Assembly: GCA_002269645.1 (NCBI GenBank)
Contig: NIVC01000168.1
Location: 347,899 to 411,898 of the forward strand
Origin: Macrostomum lignano
Lineage: Eukaryota
Reading direction: 5' to 3'
DNA length: 64,000 nucleotides
Numbering within the stretch: position 1 is the stretch's first letter; the number at the start of each line of letters is the position of its first letter. Of the stretch, positions 28,477 to 42,600 are shown one piece after another. A program made the translations under genes and the position numbers. The notes beneath the pieces are model-generated. The model was given only the letters and a program-made list of their open reading frames with translations, made no database searches and was not told the origin of the DNA.

Positions 28477-31400
28477 ATGGTCACCGATGCTATCACTTCA
28501 GTATTTCCTAACAATACTGATGTTGTGTCAGTACAAGGAGGATATGGTGTTATGATTGGCACTATCATTTTCTTCAACATTCTTAACCGCATCGTTAGTT
28601 ACATTGGAGTTCCTGTAGCTGTCGTTAAACATGCAGTAAATAAGGAAGAGGAAGCCTGGAAATGGAAAAATCTTTTGTTGTCCTGGATTCATGCATTTAT
28701 TGTTGGTCTCTGGGATATATTATGGTAAGTTTCTATTCTAACAATAGTTTAGAACAAGTAGTAGGCATTTCTTTTTGATTTAATAGAAATTACCTAATAA
28801 TATGTTCTTTTTTTCTATGTGAATATGAGACTAAAAAATATCCATATACTAAAAATGGTCTGTCGGTATGTGTGTGTGTGTATGTGTGTGTGTGATCGAT
28901 TTTAGCAAAAACGGCTCAACCGATTTTCTTCGAACTTGCACTGTTCGATCAGAAATTTTCCCGTGACAGTACATGCATCGTGGCTAAGAAATTGCTTGAT
29001 GCTAAAGGGATTAAATATTCGAAAAACATGCTTTTTTGCAAAGGTTTTTTAGTAAATTTCATTTTTTGAAATGATTCTTATTTTATTGGCAATAATTAAA
29101 AAAAACTGATTTGTATATTTTTTTAATTAGATAAACAATTGTAATTTTATTTAAACTAAATCGTCATTCAGTCCTAGATAGTATTTAGTTTTAGTATAAG
29201 GATAGATTTTGGAGGGAAGCATGTATGCGCAACTTTGGGAATCATCTAGCCATTTCTATTGGCAACACATACACAACACAGTCAGGAATGGCCTTTTTCA
29301 CGGAAAATTCTGGCACAAAAGGATTGGACATGCACTGTGCTGGCACATTCTAGTGCAAAAGGAGGCAAAAGAGAAAAATCTAGCACAGTACGGCGCAAAA
29401 AAAAAATTGGCACAATTTGGTATAGGAAAAAAACTTCCAACAAGACCATATGGCATATTTTCTCTAAAAAAATAAGCATGTATAATTTTTTGTTATTAGC
29501 ACTTTTTGTTTGTTGATATATTGATAGCTTTTTAATTCATTTATGTTACATTGCATTTCTATGAAACAGATTCAAATATTAGTTTTACTAATATTTTCAA
29601 ACAGAAAATTACTGATTTTTGTGTTTTTTTCAAAATTTGCAGTACATGGTGCAAGTAAACTTTTTTGATAAGATTTGTTCTAGTGCATGGCGCAATCAAA
29701 CTTTTTTGATAGGATTCATTCTATTACAGGTGTGCCATGATCCTGACTAGGCCCTTATGGCATATATTAAGTTGCTATTGGCTAAGAGCAATCATGTGAC
29801 TACTATTCTATCCAATAGTGACTCATGTGTGTGTTTTGCCAATAGAAACAGCCAAATGAATCCCAAGATTGTACCCAAGCATAGAGGAAAATGAGAGTAC
29901 CATAGTCCAAATCATGCTAGGTGCATACTTAAGCACAAATTGAATAATTACAAATGCCTACACAAATTGAGTGCATGCCCACTCTCAAATCTATGCAATA
30001 AACTAATGTTGCAATAATAAAAGACCTTTTTATATTGCAAAAATAAATGATCATTCTTTTAATTGCATAATAGACCCTTTAAGGCTATAAATTATTTTAT
30101 ATTTTTCCACTTAACATTAATTCTTCCACATAATTCTATAAAAAACACACTAAGTATGCATACATATTGGTGATACACACTAATTATGCATGCCTACTTT
30201 TGGCTTACAAGGCAATGCATGCCCAAATTTTTAGGCATATATTATATGATCTAAAATATGGTAAAAGAAGTGGCCATCCTTCCCAAAAAGCTTGACAGAA
30301 CTTTATGGCTCCAAAAAACCTAAGTTTATGCCTCCTAAACTTGATTTTTTTACTTCTAAACACATTTTTATGCCTCTCAGCTTGATTCTTTGCCTCTAAA
30401 TGCTTTTTTGCATCCCTAAGCTTGATTTTTTGTCCTTTTTATGGACTTTTGCATCCATAGCTTAAAAATTGGCACCTTTTATACTCATGTTGGCATCCTA
30501 AACTTGGATTGCCCCCTTTCCTCCTAAATGAAACTCTAGATCTACTACTGATTTAGTATTTCAACATTTGCAAACAATTTGTTAATCGAGTTTTTTATTT
30601 TCTATTATAATATTTAATGCTAAAATTAAGGTTAAAAAGGCAAAGAATATATGTGCAACTAGTGATAAGTCTAGATATTCAGATTTGGAATTTTTTGTAC
30701 ATTTAGATTCAGTTTTAGAAACTTGCAGAATTCCATTATCACTGTGTAACCCCTCTGATATACATTGACTATAGAACTTACTTTTTTGACTAAGAATAAA
30801 AATAGAACTTACTTATATAAGAATTCTAAGCAAAAATTAATGTATTTTTTATAAATGGCAAGACTAAGTATAGCTATATAATATTATTAAAGCTAAATGC
30901 CTCATAATCCAATTAGTACTATGTCTATGTTTTTCTAATAGGAATTTTTGCAACTTATCTTAGCATGTATTATTCATGTTTTTTAATAGCTTAACAGCTT
31001 TTAATATATTTATTAACTGAAGTACATATATTCTATAATGCCAAGATACATTTTTAAGACTATTTATTAGTCCTAGCCTTAGGTTAGTCAGGATTATAGC
31101 ATAAGGAACTGATAAAAAAGTAGCTGATTCATTAAAAGTATGATAGTCAAGAAGACAATACCTAAAAAGATAATGCTCAAATGGATAATTGTCCAAATAT
31201 TTTAAACTATTATTTGTTAATTTTTTAAATATATTCAAATTTATTTCACTTATTGCCTTCAATATACTAGATCTACTAAATGGTTGCTACATTTGAATTT
31301 AAAAAATAAAATTTCTTAATTGTTTTGTAAGAGTTAAGCTTATCATTCAGTAGTGGTCCAAAAGTTCTGATCTAACTATGGCAATATAATTCTATATGTT

Positions 31401-34400
31401 GTTAATTTAACAATGTATATTATTGTGTTAGTCCAATATATCTAGACTTTGGGTAGTATATATATATATGCCAAAAAGTCTAGCATATAGGACCTATAAT
31501 GCACCATTGATATTCAACTTGGCATATAAAAGAGCCTAATGTGCCCTTTTAGCATGTAGCTTGACATATAGAGATTGTTAAGACAATAGGTGGGACAAAG
31601 TTCCAAGTCCCAACCAATGTACTTAGTTAATATTAAAAAATGACCAAGTTTAAGTTTAGCATAGTTTTTATATTTATAGTTGGAAAAGCTAAATTTTGAT
31701 CAAAAACTGAATAAGAATGTTTTCTAAAAATGATAGAAAAATAAATTAAAATTCATGGTGTTTATAACTTTTCTAAGATAAAAAATTAACTAGTTCTTTA
31801 TAATTTTAGTAAAAGATGACCAATTTTTTTGTTTCTTTTTGCAGAGATAAAAAAAGATTAAAATATAGTTAGTACTTTTTTGCCTTAGTGCATTTTCCTG
31901 TGATATAAATTCATTGGCGTATAGGAACTATACAAACAAATTTCATTCTGGTGTACACTGGTACACAATCCTAAAACTGGCAATACATTTTAACTATTTG
32001 TACATTTTAACAAATATAAGTATTGTATAAGTCTAGTGCATTTTAGCTAACCTTGTTACTTATAAAGCTTAAAAATACAAGTCTAATGAATGTGAACTTA
32101 TAATTGGTCCTACCTTAAAGTAGTCCTAATTTCTGCTTCCAAGGTCCAATTTATTAATTTAGTCATTTTTTATCTATATCTATAATCTAATATTGGCCAA
32201 CAAATAGGAAAAATGGCTTTGCTCTATCATGCCAAATGCACCATAGGAAAAAGGAATTATAGTCAAACCTCAGTGGGCAATTCTCTTGGACCCATTACTA
32301 GTCAGTCCTAGGTAATTACCATTTTAATATCAAGGTATTCATAACTCAACTCAATAGATGATTGTTAAGCTGCTTAGATGATTTCTAAGCTGTTGGAGTT
32401 TCTATAACTCTCTAACCCTTTGACTCATGCCCCTCTAAATTCTTAAATGTATATAATGAATATAATATTTTAAATTTATTTTAAATAAAATTAGTCTATA
32501 TTTATATTTTTCCTAACTTGATCTATATCTAATATCTGACAGATAAAACAGTCTAGTAAGATAATAAAAAAATAGCATTAGCATTAGTTAATTTTGTTGT
32601 AAAAAAGTTCTTGTAAATACAAAATCTTCTAAATGGACTTGATTCTACATGTAGTCACATTAATTTGCCACTAAATTGAAATCTTTGCTTGGGTCTATTG
32701 TGAAATTAAGATCCTTCAGGGCCTAGCCTCCTAGGCAAGGTGAAGTATGTATTGCCTAACAATAAATAAAGTTAGACCATTAACATTCCTGTGTCTATGT
32801 ATATAACTGTGTATGTATGTGCACTTGGTATTGCTGCTCAGTGGAGTTAATGGAATGGTCAGTAATGCCACTCCCTAGTTGTGTAACAAATTTGTTTTTA
32901 GTATACCATCTTGCATACAGACCCCATGTCTACAAGTACCTATTAAAATATTTAATTCCTTTAAAACTTTTTTATTAAAAAACCTAATTCTATACAATTT
33001 CAAATTCAATTTGTAGTTTTTACTACTACCCCGAGATTTGGCAAGATCTCATCACTCACATCACACCATTCACCTATTATATGGTGGCTGTGTCCACAGG
33101 TAAGATATAATCTTTGCATTTTGTTTCTATTTCTGGGTGTGCTCTATCTCAATTTTGAATCTTTCACTTTATCCAAACTTCATTAGGTCCAAAACTTCAT
33201 TTAATTTCAAAATATTTAAGAACTTCCCAGAATCTGATCTGATCTTCATCAACACAGAATATCCACAGTTTGTTGCTGCTGTGTAAAATCATACTAATCC
33301 CTGGCACTTTCCTCTCCACCCACTAAAGGCTACTTCATGTACGACTTTGGCGACCTAATTGTTCAAAAGAAAGTATTGGAAATGTGGCAATTAACGTTGC
33401 ACCATATTGCGGTAAGTGTTGTTAAAAGTTACAATTAATTTTAGCATTTACTATTTTTACTCTATTTTAGATAAGCTTGCAAGCTGGATTAGTTAAACCT
33501 TTGTCTTTATTGGCACATACACACAGCGGTAGCTGCTATGCACCAATTATTATTTTGCTGAATTACCTCAATTGCTTCATCTGATAGTCGTAAAATCAAT
33601 CGTCACTACAGCTAAGAAGAATGAGCGAGTAGATGAGAAGGGATCGTGAGAAGAGAGCTGAGAAGAGACAAAAATACTGAGCGGTCTGGATTGCTATTGT
33701 GAACTTTCAAAGGTCCCGAGGGCCCGGATAGAGAGGCATCGATTTGATAGTGTTCATTGGTAGATTTTTCTAACAAATCAAACACAACACACGATGGCGT
33801 GTCTGCTTGTCTGTATCTGTAAAGGTTGTTCAAAGTTCAACACAATGTAAAACCATTGACAACAAGTATAAAACTCTGTAGACCTACTCGTAGATATCGG
33901 TTCAAACTGCAGTCACACCACCGCGCGCCCAACTCTTATGGTGCACTCTTGGCTTCTGTAAGAGGGGCAGTGCTTATGGCTAGAGTACTGGACTACCCCA
34001 CTGCTACTATAATAAAACTGAGTTCGCTTGAGAGAGAGAGAGGGAGAGAGAAAGAACGTGCTCACCAAAACGTTCAAGAGTAACAGTAAACGAGAAGAGA
34101 AATCGACTATACCCACGCAGTAATGAACAGTGTTTTTCTTTCTGTAATGCATTTTCTCCTACGTGGACTTTTTTTTCTGCCAAGCTTCACTTATCTTCTC
34201 CTACCCGACCGTATCGGACAATTTATGAGCCTTAGTAGGGTTGGCTTGCGAATGAAATGCTCTGGGCCAAGCACTACTTTAGCAAACCCACATATGCGTT
34301 CCTATTAATAGAAGCATTCATGGCATATCATTAAGAAGCGAATGGGAACATTTGAAGGCCAATATAGGCGAAATTATAGAAGAATATATAATCGATCCTA

Positions 34401-35429
34401 GTTAAATTTCTTTCCTAAAAATTTGTTCGCAATTTTTAGAATAAAAGTTAAAATTTAACTGCTTAAGGTAACGTATTTTGGTGATTCATTTATCAGAAAA
34501 TAACATGCTTGCAACACTTATTTTAAAGTTGAACAGTTCGTTATGATTTACCTGTTTTATTTTTGTTTCGGTTTAAATGATGCGTTTCCAATGTAGACTA
34601 ATTGATTTGTAATTTTGTCAGTGCCCTCTGACTACAGAGACCTCGGTTTACTTCTTACTCCACTCCTCTCAATCTCACTCCGTCTGCTCTAACTCTGCTC
34701 TCTTCTCAATCTACTCTCACTCCGTTTACTCTCACTCCACTCTCACTCTACTCGCCCTAACTCTAACTCTTCTTTATTCTAGGTCTAACTCTGCTCTATT
34801 CTCACTTCTCACTCAGTTTTTCATTCCAATCTTGCTCCTTTCGCCCACCCCTCTGCTAATCCATATTAGTCCCAACTTTCTCTAGCTAATCTGTAACTCA
34901 TACTGATATTACAAATTTGCAGGTAACGTCAATGTTCTTCTACAATCTGACCACAAGAAGATGCGTCGCCTACAATGTCGTAGCACTCATGGCCGAGATT
35001 AATTCGTTTTTCTTGCACTCGCGCAAACTCATGCAAATGCAACAGTTCAAATTCAGCAGTCCAATTTATCAGGCCAACGCGCTAGTTAATCTGGTCACAT
35101 TCTTGTTTTGTCGCGGCTTCGGCCTGGGTAGAATCACCTACGGCATGATTGTTGAAGGCCACCGGGTTGACTCGGTGTACTTTTACACACTGACCGGATC
35201 CATGTTCATCATGAATATGATTAACCCCGGCCTGTTTATCATCTTGTTAAAGAATGACTTTCTAAGAAAAGATTATCACAGTAAGGCGACTAAGAAGCAG
35301 CTGAGAGGCTCTGGTGAGTCTGTTAAGCCGGTGCAAAACGGGCTTCATCCGACTGAGTCTACAGACTCCCTGCCCGGCTACAGTAAACTGCTAGCTGAAG
35401 GCAGTATTGACGCTCACAAGATTGATTAG
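28477..35429 (+). CDS. TLCD2: TLC-domain membrane protein, TLCD1/TLCD2 (fld-1)-like; 4 exons, ~306 aa
   Basis: Exons: 28477-28724, 33017-33099, 33329-33411, 34923-35429 (921 nt). Motifs WKWKNLLLSWIHA, VAVSTGYFMYD, LTLHH, AEINSFFLHSRKL parallel TLCD1/2 (W.W.NL.VS..HS, VAVSVGYF..D, LL.HH, ELNS..LH.RKL). TLCD1 versus TLCD2 cannot be resolved by eye. Confidence 0.88.
28835..29045 (+). mobile_element. Helitron/Helentron-type non-autonomous element 5' end
   Basis: TATCCATATACTAAAAATG, then a (GT)n microsatellite, then AAAACGGCTCAACCGATTTT, the layout of Lep1/DINE-type elements. Confidence 0.5.
33610..33740 (+). mobile_element. Internal fragment of the hAT MITE family
   Basis: GAGAAGAGAC...GGATTGCTATTGTGAACTTTCAAAGGTCCCGAGGGCCCGGATAGAGAGG resembles 3865-3920 and 4065-4078. 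A further copy of the motif is at ~41800-41870. Confidence 0.55.
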
Positions 35430-35689
35430 ATCAAATCTGAGGATTTTTATATATTTATCCATTTCTTTTCTAAGCCAGATAACCGTCTAAAAGCTTAACT
35501 TTATTTATAAAAAATTTCTTTCTTTCTTATAATAATGTGTCCTATAGCTTGGTTTCTATTTACTGATGCACGTATATATATATGAATTTTATTTAGTAAT
35601 AGCTAGATTAATGCTATATTTATAGTTTTTCTGTTTACACGTGTTTCACTTTGAATTTGTCTATTAATTTTATATCATAATTATCACCA

Positions 35690-36090
35690 GCCTCCCAGAG
35701 TGACAGTTGCTGGGCCAGCCTCTCAGATCCTCAGTTGCTGGGCCAGCCTCTCAGATCCTCAGTTGCTGGGCCAGCCTCCCAGATCCTCAGTTGCTGGGCC
35801 AGCCTCCCAGATCCTCAGTTGCTGGGCCAGCCTCTCAGATCCTCAGTTGCTGGGCCAGTCTCTCAGATCCTCAGTTGCTGGGCCAGCCTCTCAGATCCTC
35901 AGTTGCTGGGCCAGCCTCTCAGATCCTCAGTTGCTGGGCCAGCCTCTCAGATCCTCAGTTGCTGGGCCAGCCTCTCAGATCCTCAGTTGCTGGGCCAGCC
36001 TCTCAGATCCTCAGTTGCTGGGCCAGCCTCTCAGATCCTCAATTGCTGTTCCAGCCTGCCAGATCCTCAATTGCTGGGCCACCAGCCTCC
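35690..36090. repeat. 28-bp CCAGCCTCTCAGATCCTCAGTTGCTGGG array
   Basis: Read directly. Confidence 0.93.
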
Positions 36091-37214
36091 CATTGCCATA
36101 TCCAGAATTTAAAATTTACCTTTAAATGAGCAACTAAAGTAGCACCTTAATGTAACTTTCCAGTCTTTTATTTGTGAATCTTGTGTGTACTGTGCTACTG
36201 CTTAATACAATTAGTAGTCAATCTATCTTTTATAAATTTTCGTGCTTCATGTCACCATTCTGCTCAGTCTATTATAATAAGAGCCTGCTAAAAATTCGTT
36301 TCTTTAACTTCTAGCCGCAGCTTTTTATTAAAAACGGTCCTAACTAAAAAAATCTTAAGTTTCTACTTGCAGTAGCAAAGCCGAACAATTTTATTTTTCT
36401 TTATTCATTTTACTGCTGAAATCAATGTTTCGTTAATTGTTCTTTTGTTATATCGATTGCAATTTAAACTTATTCTCGAGTACTTAGATAATTCAAGTTG
36501 CTGGTGTCTCTTTGAAATTTTTGACTTAATTAACTTTTTAAAGTTTATTACTCAACTGCTTTGTCAGAGAATTTAAATTAACTGACATGTGATGTGGTTG
36601 CATGAAATTTTTATTTATTATACTTGCTTTTTGTTGTTTTCTCATTTTTAACCAAAAAAATTGCACATTTTACGCAATCGTGTTAACTTAATATATCCGT
36701 TTAACTGTATTTCTATATAAAGATGTCCCTCTAGTTATTATTATTCATATTTTTTTCTAAAATGGGCCGCCTCTGTCTTTGCTGCGCAAGTGCAATGCTG
36801 CTTAGTCACATCCTAGATTTTTTGTTTTTTTTCTAAAAAAAATGTCATATCTTTTCTCTCTTGTTTGGAATATTGAATTAGAAGTGTTTTTAGGAATCAG
36901 TCTCACCTTTGCTCTAATCTCCTAACTTTTCATTTTCATCATTATTAGTTGACAAGTGATTTATTGACTAATGTTTGTGACAGTTCTAGAATGGATTTAA
37001 CTATTTATTTTTAGAAGACAGTACTTTAATACTGTTGGAATGTAGTTCTATCTCTTGCTGACAGTAATAGTTTAGTCCAAAGTTTTCTTTATTGCTTCTT
37101 AATAATTGGAGAAATGCTTGGAAACAGTAATTATCAAATAGTGGTTTGGCGTCTGTCACTGATGCTAGCAGACTAAATTATAGTGCGTCGTACCCCATTT
37201 TCCCTAAAATGAGC

Positions 37215-37770
37215 CCAAGACACCCACCCCAGATAGGCTGAGCCACCCACCCCATTCTCTCGGCAGTGTACGCACTCGACCCTAGATAGGCTGAGCCACC
37301 CACCCCATATTCTCGGCAGTGTAGAAAGCCTGAGCCACCCACCCCATTCTCTCGGCAATGTAGATAGGCTGAGCCACCCACCCCATTCTCTTGGCAGTGT
37401 ACGCACTCGACCCTAGATAGGCTGAGCCACCCACCCCATTCTCTCGGCAATGTAGATAGGCTGAGCCACCCACCCCATTCTCTCGGCAATGTAGATAGGC
37501 TGAGCCACCCACCCCATTCTCTCGGCAATGTAGATAGGCTGAGCCACCCACCCCATTCTCTCGGCAGTGTACGCACTCGCCCCTAGATAGGCTGAGCCAC
37601 CCACCCCATTCTCTCGGCAATGTAGATAGGCTGAGCCACCCACCCTATTCTCTCGGCAGTGTACGCACTCGGCCGTAGAGAGCCTGGGCCACCCACCCCA
37701 TTCTCTCGGCAATGTATGCATGCACTTGGCCCTAGAAATTGTGAGCCACCCACCCATTCTGCAATGTCCG
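37215..37770. repeat. ~39-bp-core ATAGGCTGAGCCACCCACCCCATTCTCTCGGCAATGTAG array with longer variants
   Basis: Read directly. Confidence 0.9.
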
Positions 37771-38769
37771 CACTCGCTTTTGGGTAAATAAAATTTTTGG
37801 TTGGCGTAGCAAAAGAATAATAGTTTTTTTAAATAATGCTTTTCCTCACTAATCTTTGAGGCAGCTACTGTTTGTATTACTAATACTACATATAAAAACC
37901 ATACAAATGAAAAAAAACTTATCTCAAACTAAGGTCAGTTAACTTAAATTGCCTGAATGTTTATTTTTCAAAGAAACGGTAAAGCTTTTTAGATTCCTTT
38001 GACAAAGAAAAAATTCAGGTAGTGGTTCTTATACCAGCTATATTTTCCTATAAAAATCCATGCTACTGAATCTAATTGTATTTGTCTATCACCGCTTTTG
38101 TCGTGCAATTTGATTTTCTGCGCGCTTATAAAAAAAACAATAAAACAATTCCAATATGCGTTTCTTATTTGACCAGTTGTTTAAGCTACTATCAGTAGTA
38201 TACGATATTGTTGCTTTATTTTCCCGTCTCATGAATTCTGTCAGTCTGATTTCAATGTTCTATATTTAATAATATAGTTAATCTTTATAGTTTATTTTTG
38301 CCTATATAAATATTGTCGAAATTTGTCCTAATTCTTGAATAAGAGAAGTCGTACTTTGCTATCTAATATTGCTATAGTAATGATACTGATAATGAATCAT
38401 TTAAAAGTCAATCTTTATTCTTTATTATGTTTGATGATGTCATTGATTCCTGCGAACTGTTTTCAATCTGTCATGTCAATCTGTCAAATCAAACGTTAAT
38501 AAAGTTTTCTCTTTTAATACTGCGTTTGAGTCCGTTTTAGTTAATCTAGTAGCAAGCGTTAATAACTGAAAGTCTGTGAGCGCTGTGTGTATTTTTTGAA
38601 CGGAAGTAAACCAATTTGATCAACTTGATATGCCAATCATTTTCAAAATCACTGTTTCCTCTGTCTCAGACTTTTATTTTTTAAACTGTTTGTTTTCAAT
38701 GTATATTGTTTAAGTTTTAAGTACCTTAAGGGCGCTAGTGTCTTAGACACAAATAATAGCTGGTAAATA

Positions 38770-39615
38770 TGAGCCCCCTTGAGAATCTGGAGTCAAATCT
38801 CATTGAGAATCTGGCTCAAATCTCAATTAAAATCATAGTCAAATCTCATTGAGAATCAGAGTCAAATCTCATTGAGAATCAGATTCAAATCTCTTTAAGA
38901 ATCAGACTCAGCACCTTTAGAATCGGACTCAGCACCTTTAGAATCGGCCTCAGCACCTTTAGAATCGGCCTCAGCACCTTTAGAATCGGACTCAGCACCT
39001 TTAGAATCGGCCTCAGCACCTTTAGAATCGGACTCAGCACCTTTAGAATCGGACTCAGCACCTTTAGAATCGGACTCAGCACCTTTAGAATCGGACTCAG
39101 CACCTTTAGAATCGGCCTCAGCACCTTTAGAATCAGACTCAGCACCTTTAGAATCGGCCTCAGCACCTTTAGAATCAGACTCAGCACCTTTAGAATCGGC
39201 CTCAGCACCTTTAGAATCAGACTCAGCACCTTTAGAATCGGCCTCAGCACCTTTAGAATCAGACTCAGCACCTTTAGAATCGGCCTCAGCACCTTTAGAA
39301 TCAGACTCAGCGCCTTTAGAATCGGACTCAGCACCTTTAGAATCGGCCTCAGCACCTTTAGAATCGGCCTCAGCACCTTTAGAATCGGACTCAGCACCTT
39401 TAGAATCGGACTCAGCACCTTTAGAATCGGCCTCAGCACCTTTAGAATCAGACTCAGCACCTTTAGAATCGGCCTCAGCACCTTTAGAATCGGCCTCAGC
39501 ACCTTTAGAATCGGCCTCAGCACCTTTAGAATCGGACTCAGCACCTTTAGAATCGGACTCAGCACCTTTAGAATCGGCCTCAGCACCTTTAGAATCAGAC
39601 TCAGCAACCTCAATA
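38770..39615. repeat. 21-bp GACTCAGCACCTTTAGAATCG array immediately upstream of the GGT7-like ATG
   Basis: Read directly; ends ~25 bp before the start codon. Confidence 0.95.
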
Positions 39616-39636
39616 AGAATCTGACCGTTTTTATTC

Positions 39637-42600
39637 ATGCGCACTTCAGCCAATCGCCAGCCCGCAAGCATGAGCGAAGGTGACAAAACAAATCTGGTGA
39701 ACCAGACCGACGAAGGCACCGATCCGAACAACGCCGCAGGCGCTGCCGCTATCGGCGCTGATGAGCCGTCGTCAGCAGACAAGACGGCCAGCTCGTCTCC
39801 ATTGCAACGAAAATTGCGCTGCCCCCCGCCGCGCGGCATGACACTAATCGTATTAGTCTCTGTGATATTCAGCGCCGCAGTGACCTTGGCTCTCATTCTG
39901 ACCATAATTTTCGGCGAGCCGCAAGTTCAACGACTTGGCGCGGTGGCCGCCGACACAACCGAAGCGGGAAAATGCGGCCTTGAGATGCTCACCAACGGTG
40001 GTAGCGCTGTTGATGCAGCTGTTGCCGCCGCTTTATGCAATGCCGTTATACAATATCCAATCACTGGTCTGGGCGGCGGAGGCCTCATGCTGGTGCACAG
40101 TCATCGGGCGGACAAGACTACTCTGTTTGATTTCTTAGAAACTGCGCCAGCCACCGTCACCGCGAAATCGTTTGCAGCGGCTGGCGGCGAGTCCAGAGCG
40201 TTGAAATCTGCGCTTGGCGCTGGCGTGCCCGGCTTTGCGCGCGGTTTAGAGGTGGCGCATAAGTGAGTTTTTTGTTGTTACTATGCCGTTGCTATGTGGG
40301 TTTTATGGTATTTCGCCACTTGCTATGCTGTTTCTATGTCAATATTTCGTTGCTATGGTGTTTCTAGTCTGGTTGCTATGGTTTTTCTAGTCTGGTTGCT
40401 ATGGTGTTTCTAGTCTGGTTGCTATGGTGTTTCTAGTCTGGTTGCTATGGTGTTTCTAGTCTGGTTGCTATGGTGTTTCTAGTCTGGTTGCTATGGTGTT
40501 TCTAGTCTGGTTGCTATGGTGTTTCTAGTCTGGTTGCTATGGTGTTTCTAGTCTGGTTGCTATGGTGTTTCTAGTCTGGTTGCTATGGTGTTTCTAGTCT
40601 GGTTGCTATGGTGTTTCTAGTCTGGTTGCTATGGTGTTTCTAGTCTGGTTGCTATGGTGTTTCTAGTCTGGTTGCTATGGTGTTTCTAGTCTGGTTGCTA
40701 TGTTGTTTCTAGTCTGGTTGCTAAGCCGCTCGTCTGTCAACGCCGTATTTATCAGCCCTCTTCTTTCCCCCATCAAGGCGGTTCGGCCGGCTGAAATGGT
40801 CCAGCCTATTTGCTCCGGCGATTCGCCTGGCAACAAGCGGCTTTCACATGCCGGCCGATGTTCACCTATTAGTGGCGAACAATGCGGCCCGTTTAGCCGG
40901 CAATCCTTTGTTAAAGCGCGTGTACCTGACACCTAGCGGAGCTCCCAAGCCAACTGGCACTCTGATCACCATGCCTGAGCTTGCTGGCGCTTTGAAATTT
41001 CTACGGGACCAAGGCGCCAATGCAATGTACAGCGGCAGCCTGTCCGCCCAGCTGCTGTCCACTTCGTCTGACAATGGCGGCTTTCTGGCCCAGGCGGATC
41101 TGACCGGCTACAAAGTGCAGGAGCGAACCGCTCTGGTTGGGCACTACCGCAATTTTACCATTAGAACTTTTCCTCCGCCTTCTTCTGGCGGCGCCTACAC
41201 TCTGCTGCTGGCCCAGGTGTTGGCCGGATATCCGGGTTAGTCCCCACCTTTGTTGACCTGTTAGCGAAATCAATATTTTGCTTTAGGGCGACAACAAATG
41301 ACTGCCTGCGGCGCTAAAATGAGTGCCTGCGGCGCTAAAATGAGTGCCTGTGGCGTTAAAATGAGTGCCTGTGGCGCCAAAATGAGTGCCTGCGGCGCTA
41401 AAATGAGTGCCTGCGGCGTTAAAATGAGTGCCTGTGGCGCCAAAATGAGTGCCTGCGGCGCTAAAATGAGTGCCTCTGGCGCTAAAATGAGTGCCTGTGG
41501 CGCTAAAATAAGTCTCTGTGGCGCTAAAATGAGTGCCTGCGGCGCTAAAATGAGTGCCTGCGGCGCCAAAATGAGTGCCTGTGGCGCTAAAATGAGTGGC
41601 TGCGGCGCTAAAATGAGTGTCTGCGGCGCTAAAATGAGTGCCTGTGGCGCTAAAATGAGTGCCTGCGGCGCTAAAATGAGTGCCTGCGGCGTCAAAATGA
41701 GTGCCTGCGCCGCCAAAATAATCGCCCTGATTCTGAAAATAATAAACTCTTGGCTTTGCCCCCCCCCTTTACCATAGAATCCATGGCGACTCCCCCCGTG
41801 AGGAGAGACAAACCTTGAGAGGGCCAGATTGCTATTGTAAAGTTACAAAGGACCCGAGGGCTATCGAATACCTCCCCCCCTCATCACCCTTACTTCCAGC
41901 ATCCAGCAACGACTTGTCCAATTCCACCGGCCTTCTGCTCCATCGGTTCGCCGAAGCTGCCAAATTCGCCCTCGGCGCTGTACAATCCATCGGCGAGTCC
42001 TCTACCGCCCTCGCCGCCGACCTGTCGACGCCCGCTTACGCCGACCGACTTCGAAGTCGAATTGCCGACAATCGCGTATTCAACGCCGACAATTCGACTG
42101 CCTACGCCGAGCAGCCGTGGCCTCAGCCGAATCGCCCGCTGCAGGCCAGCTCTAGCCTGGTTGCCGTTGACAACGACGAACTATACGTATCCATGGAGAC
42201 GAGTATTAACACGCCGTTCGCCGCCGGTTTGACCACCTCGCCTAATGGCATCTTGCTTAACAATGCGCTGGCTAATTTCGATCTGTCCGGCGGCTCCGCT
42301 GGTAACTATAGCAACGCACCGGCCGGTGGCAGACGGCCTGCCACGCTAATGTCGCCATCGTTCGCCTTCAATCCGCGTCAACGATGCGGCCTGAGATTCG
42401 CCTTTGGCGCCTCAAATAGCACCGCTGTGCCCAGCGTTACCGCTTGGTTGGCTGCCAGGTTAGGGGCCTTCAGATTCTTTAATAATCCTCTTTATACCCC
42501 TTTATGAGCATCGTACTTAAAGTTCTCCTTCCCGAGAATCCTACTCAAGATCCCCTACCTGAAAATCCTACTCAAGATCCTCTCCCTGATAATCCTACTC

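Noticed and set aside
30960-31262. 100-aa ORF in the CpG desert
   Set aside because: AT-driven composition (N/K/I/L/Y-rich), no recognisable motif, and antisense within the TLCD intron.
38885-39905. Long repetitive ORFs (KGAESDS)n and (LKVLSPI)n, plus similar ORFs at 1673-2231, 15104-15864, 18125-18679, 18876-19475, 35700-36129, 37173-37757, 41270-41777, 42504-43400 and 60070-62067
   Set aside because: These are stop-free frames of tandem DNA, open in several frames or strands, and located in introns or intergenic DNA of modelled genes.
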